Source of the DNA: an uncultured Chloroflexia bacterium
Lineage (GTDB): Bacteria; Chloroflexota; Limnocylindria; Limnocylindrales; CSP1-4
NCBI GenBank assembly: GCA_963746845.1
Contig: CAVVCZ010000004.1
Location: forward strand, 608,001 to 672,000
Reading direction: 5' to 3'
Length of the DNA: 64,000 bases
Numbering within the stretch: position 1 is the stretch's first letter; each line of letters starts with the position of its first letter. Made by a program: the position numbers and the translations under genes. This document shows, one piece after another, positions 29,305 through 38,601 of this stretch. Below the pieces are notes generated by a model that saw nothing but the letters and a program-made list of their open reading frames with translations, was not told the origin of the DNA and did no database searches.

Positions 29305-30536
29305 ACTCGACCGACCGCCTCGAGCACGACCTGACCGCCTGGTTCGGCGAGACGGCCGTGCCGCGGACGCCCGACTACACCGACGACATCCTCCGGCAGA
29401 CCGCGCGCTCGCGCCAACGGCCTCGCTGGACCTTCCCCGAAAGGTGGCTCCCCATGAGCGTCATCACCCTGGGCCGGGTGGCCCGAAGGCCCGTCCCGTG
29501 GCGGGCGGTTGGACTCCTGGTCGTCCTCGCGCTGCTCCTCGCCATCGTGGCCGCCGTCTACGTCGGCAGCCAACGACGGGCGGTTCCGCCTCCGTTCGGC
29601 CCCGCGGCCAACGGTCTCGTCGCGTACTCGAAGGACGGTGACATCTACACGGTCGATCCGGCCACGGGCGCGCGGACCGCGATCGTCACCGGCGCCTCCT
29701 TCGACGAACGCCCGGCGTACTCGCGCGACGGAACGAGGCTCGCGTTCCTCAGGACGACGGGGACCGCCTCGGTGATCGTCCTGGCCGACGCCGACGGACG
29801 CAACGAGGCCGCCGTCTCGATGACGCCCCTGGCCGGTGGGGCTTGGCTGTCCTGGTCGCCGGATGGTCGATCGATCGCCGCGATGACCGACGACAACGGC
29901 GACACGGGGTCGCTCTGGATCGTCGACACCGCGCAGCGCACCATCAGGAAGATCGACGGTGTCGTCACCGACTACGGGGAGGTCCAGTGGCGCCCGCCGG
30001 ACGGACGCCAGCTGATGGTCACCGTGCGAGCGTCCGGTGGTCTCCGCTTCGCCCTGGTCTCCTTGGCCGACGGGAGCGTCGATGTCCTGCCGAGACCGGA
30101 AGGAGACGGGCTCCGGCCGGGAGACTGGGCGCTGGACGGGCGCCGGTTCCTCTACGCCGCGTCCGACGGCCAGGTCCATGTCCTCGATATGCAGGGTGGG
30201 GCCGACGTCATGATCCGGCCGAGCCTCGCGGCTGACGGCGCTGGCTACCCGCGGTTCTCGAACGACGGTCAACGCGTCCTGATGATGGAGTTCACGAACG
30301 GCGATCCGACCTGGCTCTCCGTCGCGCCCAGCGACGGAAGCAAGCCGGCGGTGCGCGTCAGCGACGTCTATTACGGCGGGATCGGGACGCACTACCAGTG
30401 GGCGCCGGACGACAGCACGATCACGCTGATGCCGAACGTGGGACCCGTCGTCCTCCTCGATCCCGCCGGCGGTCCGGTGTCGACCCCGCCCTGGATGACC
30501 GACGAGGTCGAGTCCTGGCAGCGTCTCGCGCCCTGA
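29301..30536 (+). CDS. Putative anti-sigma factor with TolB-like beta-propeller (paralog of 24511)
   Basis: ATGA overlap; shared PPPFGPAANGL and C-terminal SWQR.AP. Confidence 0.85.
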   Translation: MNSTDRLEHDLTAWFGETAVPRTPDYTDDILRQTARSRQRPRWTFPERWLPMSVITLGRVARRPVPWRAVGLLVVLALLLAIVAAVYVGSQRRAVPPPFGPAANGLVAYSKDGDIYTVDPATGARTAIVTGASFDERPAYSRDGTRLAFLRTTGTASVIVLADADGRNEAAVSMTPLAGGAWLSWSPDGRSIAAMTDDNGDTGSLWIVDTAQRTIRKIDGVVTDYGEVQWRPPDGRQLMVTVRASGGLRFALVSLADGSVDVLPRPEGDGLRPGDWALDGRRFLYAASDGQVHVLDMQGGADVMIRPSLAADGAGYPRFSNDGQRVLMMEFTNGDPTWLSVAPSDGSKPAVRVSDVYYGGIGTHYQWAPDDSTITLMPNVGPVVLLDPAGGPVSTPPWMTDEVESWQRLAP

Positions 30537-30594
30537 TCCCCGTTCAGTCGCGGCCGCGCGGCGACGCGAATTCGGCCAGCGGCGGCGTCCTCGT

Positions 30595-31728
30595 TCAGGA
30601 CGCCGCCGCGGTCACCGCAGCATCCCCCGGAACATCGACGTCCGCCTCGAGCTCGCGCCAGTGGCTGCCCCGCATGATCACGAGCAGGATCCAGCCAATG
30701 GGGATCGGCACGAGCCATTGCGCTGCTCGGAAGATCACGATGGCGGCCGTGATCTGGCCGGCCATGCCGTCGCCCGCGACGGTCGAGAGCAGCCCGATGT
30801 ACGCAACCTCACTCACGCCGATCGCTCCGGGAGTGATCGGGATGAGCGATAGGAGGGCGACGACCGCCATGGTCGTGAGGACCGCCGACGGTGCCAATAC
30901 GTCCGAGCTGACGCCGACCGACCACAGCGAGACCTGGAGGACCAGGAACCAGGCGAGTCGCGCGAGGACGGCAGCCGCAAACCCGAGAACCCCGCGCCGC
31001 GACAGCGTCTCGTGTGACCGTTCTCGGACCTGCATGACACCCTCGACGATTCCCGTGGGCGACGGACGGCGGAACCATCCCCAGACCCGTCGAGCGATCG
31101 CGTCGAGGGCCCGACCCAGGCGGCCGGCCAGTGACTCCGATCGGACGATCACCACGAGCAGCACCATCACCACGGCCAGGATCCCGACCCCGACCACCGA
31201 GAGCAGGATCACCGGCGGGCGAGGCTGGTGGCCGGCAAGGAGCACGCCGATCGTCGCGATCAGCGGCAGGGCGAGGTCCGAGAGCGTCTCGAAGAACGCG
31301 TTGAACACGATCCCGGCCGTCGCGATATCGGCGGGGATCGACCACTGCCGGTACAGCACGAACTTGGTCGCGACGTCCGTCGGCCCGGGGATCGTGCTCA
31401 CCACCGCCCGTCCGGCGAGGTCGGCTCCGATCGCATGCGGCCAGGACAGACCAGGAACCAGGACGCGGCTGGGTCCGGCGTTGGCGACGTAGGCGAGACC
31501 CGTCGTGGCGACCAGCGCCGCGATCTGGGTGGCGGTGAGGACGGACAGGGCCGTCGCGACCGCGCCGTAGTCGACGATCCGGGGCAGGACGGCGACGAAG
31601 ACGACGGCCAGGATGCCGCCCAGCAGCCCGACCCGGGTCAGGATCGCCCGACGACTGGGCCCGGCCCGCTGTCGGGTGCCCGGCTGCTCGCCGGCGGTTG
31701 TCGCCTGCGCGGTCCGCTCCTCGGCCAT
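30595..31728 (-). CDS. Lysylphosphatidylglycerol synthase TM / flippase-like membrane protein
   Basis: Multiple TMs; IPITPGAIGVSE, IFRAAQWLVPIPIG. Confidence 0.85.
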   Translation of the reverse strand: MAEERTAQATTAGEQPGTRQRAGPSRRAILTRVGLLGGILAVVFVAVLPRIVDYGAVATALSVLTATQIAALVATTGLAYVANAGPSRVLVPGLSWPHAIGADLAGRAVVSTIPGPTDVATKFVLYRQWSIPADIATAGIVFNAFFETLSDLALPLIATIGVLLAGHQPRPPVILLSVVGVGILAVVMVLLVVIVRSESLAGRLGRALDAIARRVWGWFRRPSPTGIVEGVMQVRERSHETLSRRGVLGFAAAVLARLAWFLVLQVSLWSVGVSSDVLAPSAVLTTMAVVALLSLIPITPGAIGVSEVAYIGLLSTVAGDGMAGQITAAIVIFRAAQWLVPIPIGWILLVIMRGSHWRELEADVDVPGDAAVTAAAS

Positions 31729-31753
31729 GGGGCCCACCTTAGAGGTTGTGCCA

Positions 31754-32369
31754 ATGGCGGCGCCGACTCCGGCCGAAGCGGCCCCGGCCGCCGCGGAAGC
31801 GGTCCCGGTCGTCGTCGCAGCCGCCGCGGGCGGCAACGGCGCCGGTCATGGCGACGATTTGACGCAGCTGTGGGCATCGGGCCGAAGGCGTCAGACGCCT
31901 TGATCGCGGCCGGCATCACGACCTACGCCGCCCTGGCCGAGACGAACGAGCCACAGCTCCGCCACGCGCTCCACGAGGCCGACATGGTGCCGCCCGGCGA
32001 CGTCGCGACCTGGCCGATGCAGGCCACCTACGCCGTCAAGGGCGACTGGCAGGGCCTCATGAAGCACAACGAGCGAGAGATGTCGAAGGCGAAGCCCGCC
32101 GCGGTCGCACAGCGACGGCCGTCGCCGCGCCGGCCGACGACCTGACCCAGATCAACGGCATCGGCCCCCGGATGGCCTCGATCCTCAGCGAGGCCGGGAT
32201 CACGACCTACGCGCAGCTGGAGCACGCGAACACGGGAGACCTCCGCCAAGCGGTCGCCGTCGGTGAGGCGCTGCCCCCGTCGAGTCTCGACAGCTGGCCG
32301 ACCCAGGCCTCCTACGCGTCGCGCGGCGATTGGTCCGGCCTGGCCACGTACAACAGCCGCCACCACTAA
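31754..32369 (+). pseudogene. Tandem helix-hairpin-helix domain protein with two frameshifts (~31871, ~32110)
   Basis: Two DDLTQxxGIGP...AGITTYA..W..QA.YA..GDW.GL repeats spread over three frames. Confidence 0.7.
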
Positions 32370-32453
32370 CCCCCGGCGTCTGCGCCGGGCCGCAAGGCCC
32401 GGCGCAGATCTGCACGCAGCCCTGGCGCCCTGAGAGACCGGTCTCCCTCGGGG

Positions 32454-32479
32454 TGTAACGTCATGCGGCTGCTCGCGTC
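32454..32479 (+). promoter_or_regulatory. Candidate ECF-type promoter
   Basis: TGTAAC-N16-CGTC upstream of GAGGTG RBS and GTG at 32511. Confidence 0.4.
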
Positions 32480-32510
32480 TGCCTCGCGACTGCGCTGCCG
32501 AGGTGTCCGG

Positions 32511-33851
32511 GTGATCCGAGGTCTGGGAGTGACCGTTCTGTCTGCCTTCGTTCTGGCAGGCTGCGGCAGCGCACAGGGCTCTCCGTCGATCGATCCGGGC
32601 CACGACACGTTCGCTCCGTCGCCGTCGGCGATCCCGCGGTCGGCCCCAGCGTCGTCGCCGCCGTCGACGGGTCAGCCGTCGCCGGCCCCCGCCGCGCCCT
32701 CCACGTCACCCTGGACGAGTGCCACGGATTCGCTCGAGTGGCACCGCCTCGGGACGATCCCTGCGTCCGACATCGACGGCATCGTCGGCTTCGCGGACGG
32801 CTACGTCGCGCTCGAAGGCGCGGCCGGCGCCGCCTGGTACTCGGCGGACGGCCGGTCGTGGAAACGGACCCGGCTTCCGATCGACGGCACGGTGGAGGAC
32901 GCGCTCGATGCCAACGGCAGGCTCGGGCGCGTCATCACGACCAATGGGCGGGAAGTCCTCATCGTCGGCGGCCACAGCATCCCGCCGTGCGGACTGACCA
33001 ATGCCGGCGATACCGGAGGCGGTCCGGATTGCGCGGTCAGCCCGATCGCCTGGCTGTCCGATGACGGCCGGACGTGGCACCGAAGCATCAAGGCCGCACC
33101 GGGCGGCGAGTTCGTTGCGGCCTGGCCGGTCGGGACCGGCGGCTGGACGGCGGCGGTGTCGGACTGGTCGGGCGAAGCCCTCGCCGGGGATCGTCTCTGG
33201 TCATCCGACGACGGGCTCACGTGGCAGCGGGCTCCGAAGCCACCCGCGTCGTGGGAGGGCTATGACCACGCGCCGCTCGGGGTCGCAAGCCGGTCGGGCC
33301 AGTCCCTCCTGTCGGCCGGCGAACGCGGCGGACCTGGAACGACGGTCGCCACGATGAGTGTCGGGGGGTCCTGGCGCGTGCTCGATGGGTTCCCGGGAAC
33401 GGGCGTCGAGGTGTTCGCCGGCGTCGCCCCGGCGGCGGACCGGTCGCGCTGGGTCCTCGGTGGCCGGAGCGGGTGCGACGACAGCGGGAACGAGTGCACC
33501 GGCGGGCCCATGGCATGGTCCTCGGTCGACGGCGCGGATTGGACGACGAACCGACTTCCGACGGGTCCGGGCGTTCCCGATGCCGACCCGCCGGTCGTGG
33601 TGTCCGCAGTCACGAGCCTCGCGGTCTCCGAGCGCGGCTACGTCGCCGTGGGCGCGGACGGGTCCTGGTCCGAGGGTGCCAGGCACGAGACCTGGGTGAG
33701 CGACGACGGAGCCGTCTGGGCTCTCCTGCCACAAGCCAGCCGGCCGAGGTTCGACTACGGCCCGGGCCTGGTCGCGGACGGACCCCGTGGCGTCATCGGC
33801 ATCAGTCGATCGAAGTCCGAGAACGAGCAGACGGCGTGGCAGCTGCGCTGA
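32511..33851 (+). CDS. Lipoprotein with Asp-box/BNR-like repeats (beta-propeller)
   Basis: LAGC lipobox; five WxSxDGxxW repeats; start uncertain. Confidence 0.75.
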   Translation: MIRGLGVTVLSAFVLAGCGSAQGSPSIDPGHDTFAPSPSAIPRSAPASSPPSTGQPSPAPAAPSTSPWTSATDSLEWHRLGTIPASDIDGIVGFADGYVALEGAAGAAWYSADGRSWKRTRLPIDGTVEDALDANGRLGRVITTNGREVLIVGGHSIPPCGLTNAGDTGGGPDCAVSPIAWLSDDGRTWHRSIKAAPGGEFVAAWPVGTGGWTAAVSDWSGEALAGDRLWSSDDGLTWQRAPKPPASWEGYDHAPLGVASRSGQSLLSAGERGGPGTTVATMSVGGSWRVLDGFPGTGVEVFAGVAPAADRSRWVLGGRSGCDDSGNECTGGPMAWSSVDGADWTTNRLPTGPGVPDADPPVVVSAVTSLAVSERGYVAVGADGSWSEGARHETWVSDDGAVWALLPQASRPRFDYGPGLVADGPRGVIGISRSKSENEQTAWQLR

Positions 33852-33860
33852 CGGGAAGCT

Positions 33861-35672
33861 TCAGGCGCGTCGCAGCTCGCGCAGGTTGTCGCGCAGGATC
33901 AGGAACCCGATCGTCAGCAGGACGGCGGCCACGAACAGCACGAAGTTCGACGCCACCACGATCACGCCGCCGACGATCGCCAGGATGATCGTCACGTCCA
34001 GCAGCAGGCGCAGGAAGCGCCGCCGGACGAGCGCCTCGATCACGATCGACACGACGATGATCAGGACGAGACCGAGCCACAGGCTCTCCGGCTTGAAGAA
34101 CAACAGGCCGGCCATGACCAGGATCGCGAGCGACACCCCGACGGCCGACCAGATGTCGAGCAGCCGGCTCAGACGGATCTCGGCGGGGTCCTGCGGGTGG
34201 ACGACATGCCGCAGATGGGCACGGACGTCGCCCCGGTCCCCGGCCCGGAGCCGGTCGAGCTCCTCCTCGCTGTCGTCGATGACCGAGTTCGAGGCGGCGC
34301 TCCTGACCCGGAGCCCGCGCATCTGGGCGACGACGACGTCGCGCTCGGCCGCGAGGGTGTCCACGAACGGACGCGAGCGACCGGAGTGCTGGGCGGTTGC
34401 GACGCGGATGCCGAGCTGCTGAGCGCGACCCTCGAGCTCGAGGATCGTCTTCTCGTCCGCCGCGACCTCGGCGCGGAGGCTCTCGATCTCGGTCGTGAGC
34501 GTCTCGACCATCCGCCCCGGCGGCGGTGTCGCGTCCAGACCGGCGAAGGCGATCGGGTCGAGCCACGACTGGCGCGGGCGGCCGTCCCGATTCCACTTCG
34601 GGCCGGCTGGCGCGCGTTCGCCGGCGAACCGGTCCTCGGTGTCGAGGCCGAAGAGGCCGTCGTAGTCGTTGACCCACGGCGTCGAGTCGTCGATGAGGAT
34701 GGGGGTCCACTCGTTCGGCTGGCCCGGACCCACGGCGACACCATCACCCCGGGCGTAGTCGACGAACGGCACCGCGGCGATCGGCGTGGACTCGCCGGCG
34801 GCCGCACCGGCCGTCCGCTCGACCGCGCTCGACCACCACGTCTGGATGGTGTCGGTGACCGTGCGGACCCGCGGCGGCAGGCTGAGCGGCACGACCTGGA
34901 GGTACTCGCCGCGCTCGACGTACGCGGCGTGCGATCCCGCGCCGGCGAAGATGATCGGATGATCGCCCTCCCGCAGGAGGAGCGGGTCGTCCCAGCGGCG
35001 ACGCAGGTCCGCGCCGACCTCGTCGTGGGCGGCCCGGGCGAACCACACCGGGGTGCTCGAACCGTCCTCGCCCTCCTCGATGAACACGAAGCACTGCTCC
35101 CAGTCCGCCTCGTGATCGTTCGCCCCTTCGAACGAGGATCGCCAGTCGTTGATCGCGTAGAAGAACAGGTAGTGACAAACGGTCCAGTTGGCCTGCCGGA
35201 CCACGCGAGCGTGGTAGCAGTAGCGCGGATCGTGCTCGCGGATCGCGGCGTACATGACCTGGGCGGCGGCCACCGTGCCACCCGGGACCGTGCCGCGGAC
35301 GAGGAGCGACAGGTCGAAGCCGGCGTCGATCATCCGGGCCACGATGCCGACCCGGGCAAGCCGGCTCGGCGCCCGGAAGCGCGGCCGGCCCGGGCGGTTC
35401 CGCCACGAGGCCAGCGCGACCGATCCAAGCGGCTCCTTGACGAACCGGAGGTACTGACCGCGGAGCGGCGTCGTCGGCGTCCAGGTTCCGAGGTTCTCGA
35501 CCGTCAGCGATCCCGACGGAGCGAGGAGGACGCGCCGGCCCGTGACGTCGACCGACCACAGCTCGCACTCGGCGAGGTAGTCGTCGACGGCCATCGGGAA
35601 GAACAGCTCGCCGTTCGTGTAGCGGACGATCGGCTCGTACCGACGGAGCAGCTCGAGATCGTGGGCGTCCAT
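33861..35672 (-). CDS. Hypothetical protein: Vps62/NPP1-like domain, coiled coil, C-terminal TM bundle
   Basis: LRRYEPIVRY..GELFFP, NDHEADWEQ, GAGSHAAY; TGATG overlap with the upstream gene. Confidence 0.7.
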   Translation of the reverse strand: MDAHDLELLRRYEPIVRYTNGELFFPMAVDDYLAECELWSVDVTGRRVLLAPSGSLTVENLGTWTPTTPLRGQYLRFVKEPLGSVALASWRNRPGRPRFRAPSRLARVGIVARMIDAGFDLSLLVRGTVPGGTVAAAQVMYAAIREHDPRYCYHARVVRQANWTVCHYLFFYAINDWRSSFEGANDHEADWEQCFVFIEEGEDGSSTPVWFARAAHDEVGADLRRRWDDPLLLREGDHPIIFAGAGSHAAYVERGEYLQVVPLSLPPRVRTVTDTIQTWWSSAVERTAGAAAGESTPIAAVPFVDYARGDGVAVGPGQPNEWTPILIDDSTPWVNDYDGLFGLDTEDRFAGERAPAGPKWNRDGRPRQSWLDPIAFAGLDATPPPGRMVETLTTEIESLRAEVAADEKTILELEGRAQQLGIRVATAQHSGRSRPFVDTLAAERDVVVAQMRGLRVRSAASNSVIDDSEEELDRLRAGDRGDVRAHLRHVVHPQDPAEIRLSRLLDIWSAVGVSLAILVMAGLLFFKPESLWLGLVLIIVVSIVIEALVRRRFLRLLLDVTIILAIVGGVIVVASNFVLFVAAVLLTIGFLILRDNLRELRRA

Positions 35673-36151
35673 CAGTGCGCAGGGGCCGCGAACTGGTCGG
35701 GGGCCCGCCGGCGGACGATCCCGAACGTCTCCTTGACGCGCCGCTGGTTGAGGTAGAAGACCGACACGACCTCGATCAGCAGGACGGCCGAGCTCGTCGA
35801 GCCCTGGTACCACCAGATCGTGATGCAGATCAGCAGGGTCAGGCCGGACAGGAGCATCGCGAGGGTCCACCCGAGACGGCGCACGCGCAGGAGCAGGACG
35901 CCGGCCGCCAGCGACCAGATGGCCAGCCCGGCGCCGATGCCGACAAGCATCGGGGTCGGCAGCGGAGCGATCGCGCCGCCGAACCGCGACGAGGCGCTGA
36001 TGAAGGCGAGCGCGGCCTCCCGGTCGTTCATGATCCAGACGGTCAGGAGGGCGTATCCGACGCCCGTGACCAGGCGGATCGCCGCCAGGATCGTGACAGG
36101 TGCCGGACGACGCGCCTCCGGTTGGGCGGGCAGAGCGGACGAAACGGCCAT
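35672..36151 (-). CDS. Four-TM membrane protein
   Basis: RP.PVTILA...YLNQRRVKETF pattern; TAGACT -10 eight nt upstream. Confidence 0.7.
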   Translation of the reverse strand: MAVSSALPAQPEARRPAPVTILAAIRLVTGVGYALLTVWIMNDREAALAFISASSRFGGAIAPLPTPMLVGIGAGLAIWSLAAGVLLLRVRRLGWTLAMLLSGLTLLICITIWWYQGSTSSAVLLIEVVSVFYLNQRRVKETFGIVRRRAPDQFAAPAH

Positions 36152-36182
36152 GTCCGCCGAGTCTAGCGACTCGGCTTCCCGA

Positions 36183-37619
36183 TCACGCGGGCTTCGGGAA
36201 CTCCGCGATGGCCGCGAGCAGGCGGTCGACGTCCCGTTCGTCGGAGGCGATCCCGACCGATACCCGAACGGCGCCGAGCGCCTTCGTCCCGACGATCGCC
36301 CGCAGCTCGGCGGGGTTCGGCTGATGCCCGAGGGCGAAGACGGCCCGCATGTCGTCCCGAGTGATGCCGCGCGCGGTCTCACTCGCGCCCGGATTGCAGA
36401 AGCAGCCCGTCCGGACCGAGATCCGCCGCGCGGCCGCGAACGCCTCGACGGCCGGGAAGGGGACGATCGAGCCGTCGGGCTCGAGCAGGTTGAACGGGAT
36501 CGTCCCGCCGCGGTGCCGGGTGTCCATCGGGCCATATACCGCGACCCTCGGTGCGCCGTTCGCGTGTCGCAGCCCGGCGAGCCCGGCGAGCATCCGCCCC
36601 GTCAGGTACCGGACCCGGTCGTGGATCGTCTCGATCCCCACCGACTCGAGGTGCCGGATCCCGATCTCGACCGCCGGGAGCGACAGAAAGTCGATCGTGC
36701 CGTCCTCGAACCCGATGTGGTCCGGCGCCAGCGTATGCCGGGGCTCCGCGACCGAGGCGACGCCGATCGTCCCGCCGGCGAACCACGGCCGCCGGAGACG
36801 GGCGAGCGCGTCGCGGCGGGCGATCAACGAGCCGACGCCCGTCGGATAGCCGAACGCCTTGTACCAGGAGACCGTGACGAAGTCCGGGTTCCAGCGGGCG
36901 AGATCCAGCCGGTTCGTCGCGATGAAGGCGGACGCGTCGAGCAGGACAGTCCAGCCGCGATCGTGCGCGGCGTCGATCCACGCCGGCGGGTGCCGGACGC
37001 CGGAGTAGTTCGACTGCGCGGGATATGCGAACAGGTGCGGCGCATCGGCCGGGGCGTCGTCGAGCGCCGACCGGATCGTCGCGTCGTCGTGGCGGAGGTC
37101 CGGGAGGGCCAGTGGGAGGTACGTCTCGACGGCACCACGGGCCCGGGCCAGCTCGCGGATGCCGTTGACCGAGTTGTGGTTGTCCGCGGTGAGCAGGAGC
37201 CGGCTGCGGTCCGTGAAGGGGAACGACTCTCCGACGAGCTTGAGCGCCGCGCTCGCGTTCGCCGTGAAGATGACGGTGTATGCATCCGGCGATGCCCCGA
37301 CGAACCCGAGGATCGCCGCGCGTGTCCGATCGGCAAGGTCCGTGGACAGACGGGATGGCGGGCTGTCGGAGTGCGGGTTGCCGAGGACCTCGCGCTCGAG
37401 CATCCGATGGTGCGCGCGGACCTGCGACGCGGCGTACAGGCCGGCGCCGGTGTAGTCGAGGTAGGCCTGGTCCTGAGCGTCCAGACGGCCGTACTCGGTG
37501 GCGCGGAGCTGCGCCACCGCCGCGGCATCCCAGGGCGCGGGCGGACGCTCGTCGTCGTCGGGCGCGCGGTCACCCCGGCGGACGCCGGATCGAGGGTCGG
37601 AGATCGCGATGGCCCCCAC
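36183..37619 (-). CDS. Class V aminotransferase, MoCo-sulfurase-like NifS domain
   Basis: YLDYTGAGLY, GNPHS, SWYKAFGYPTGVG, RTGCFCNPG. Confidence 0.88.
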   Translation of the reverse strand: MGAIAISDPRSGVRRGDRAPDDDERPPAPWDAAAVAQLRATEYGRLDAQDQAYLDYTGAGLYAASQVRAHHRMLEREVLGNPHSDSPPSRLSTDLADRTRAAILGFVGASPDAYTVIFTANASAALKLVGESFPFTDRSRLLLTADNHNSVNGIRELARARGAVETYLPLALPDLRHDDATIRSALDDAPADAPHLFAYPAQSNYSGVRHPPAWIDAAHDRGWTVLLDASAFIATNRLDLARWNPDFVTVSWYKAFGYPTGVGSLIARRDALARLRRPWFAGGTIGVASVAEPRHTLAPDHIGFEDGTIDFLSLPAVEIGIRHLESVGIETIHDRVRYLTGRMLAGLAGLRHANGAPRVAVYGPMDTRHRGGTIPFNLLEPDGSIVPFPAVEAFAAARRISVRTGCFCNPGASETARGITRDDMRAVFALGHQPNPAELRAIVGTKALGAVRVSVGIASDERDVDRLLAAIAEFPKPA

Positions 37620-37676
37620 GATCGTGATTCTGCGCGGCGCGCCGGACGCCGCGCTGGAACCTGTGTTCCAGGTCGC

Positions 37677-38537
37677 TCAGATCGCGGGCTCGGGAACGCG
37701 GGCCGTCTGGATCGTCACCCCGGCCTCGGCGAGCGCCGCGGCCAGCCGGCGGCGAACCTCCGCGTCGACGATCGCCCGCTGTGCCGGCCGCACCCGACCG
37801 GCCATCCGGAGCGTCGCTCCCGCGTTCGTGAAGGCGGTCGTCGCGGTATAGCTCGGTGTCTCGAGCATGAGCGGGCCCCACTCGGGATCCGCCGCGAGCT
37901 CCTCGCCCACGCGGTTCATCGCCTCGATCGCGGCCTCCACGTCGCCCACCGCGATCCCGGCCACGTCGACGATCGACGTTCCGAAGATCCGCGTCTCGTT
38001 CGAGGCGATCCGGATCTCGCCGTTGGAGATCGAGTGGACCGTGCCCCGGACGTCCCGAACGATCGTTCGCCGGAGGCCGACCTCCTCGACCGTGCCCTCG
38101 ATGCCGCCGAGCATCACGACGTCGCCCTTGAAGTACGGGCCCTCGACGAACAGGAGAATGCCCGTGAGGTAGTCGAGCACGATGCTCTGCCCGGCCAGCG
38201 TGATGGCCGCCGCGACGATCCCGAGTCCGGCCACCACCGACCACGCGTCGAAGAGCGACAGGAGGAGCACGCCGATCGCGACGACGACCCCGAAGCGGAT
38301 CAGCTTCGTGAGCAGGTCCTCGAGCGTCGCGACGCGCTTCTGGACCTCCGCCGACTCGTCCACGCCCAGATCGGCGGTCACCTCCGGCGGCCGGACGACG
38401 CGGAGCAGCAGCCGGTGCACTGCCGGCCTGGCGAAGTGGTAGACGACCAGCAGCAGGACGCCCCAGAACACGAGCCCCAGGGCGTGGTCCTGGAGCCACG
38501 AGATCGCGGTCTGCCCCTGGGTCGAGAGATCCGGCAT
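37677..38537 (-). CDS. MscS family mechanosensitive channel
   Basis: GD.V..GGIEGTVEEVGLRRT..RD..G.VHSISNG. Confidence 0.9.
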   Translation of the reverse strand: MPDLSTQGQTAISWLQDHALGLVFWGVLLLVVYHFARPAVHRLLLRVVRPPEVTADLGVDESAEVQKRVATLEDLLTKLIRFGVVVAIGVLLLSLFDAWSVVAGLGIVAAAITLAGQSIVLDYLTGILLFVEGPYFKGDVVMLGGIEGTVEEVGLRRTIVRDVRGTVHSISNGEIRIASNETRIFGTSIVDVAGIAVGDVEAAIEAMNRVGEELAADPEWGPLMLETPSYTATTAFTNAGATLRMAGRVRPAQRAIVDAEVRRRLAAALAEAGVTIQTARVPEPAI

Positions 38538-38601
38538 CGTCCCTGCAGCATACGATCGGCCGCATCCCCATACTCGACGGCGGGAGAGGAATGGGAGAGG
38601 G

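Noticed and set aside
20494-33058. Other GACAGCCA/TGGCTGTC octamers (about 20494, 29844, 33051)
   Set aside because: Inside coding sequence, lacking the TCAWWY part and an inverted partner; likely chance.
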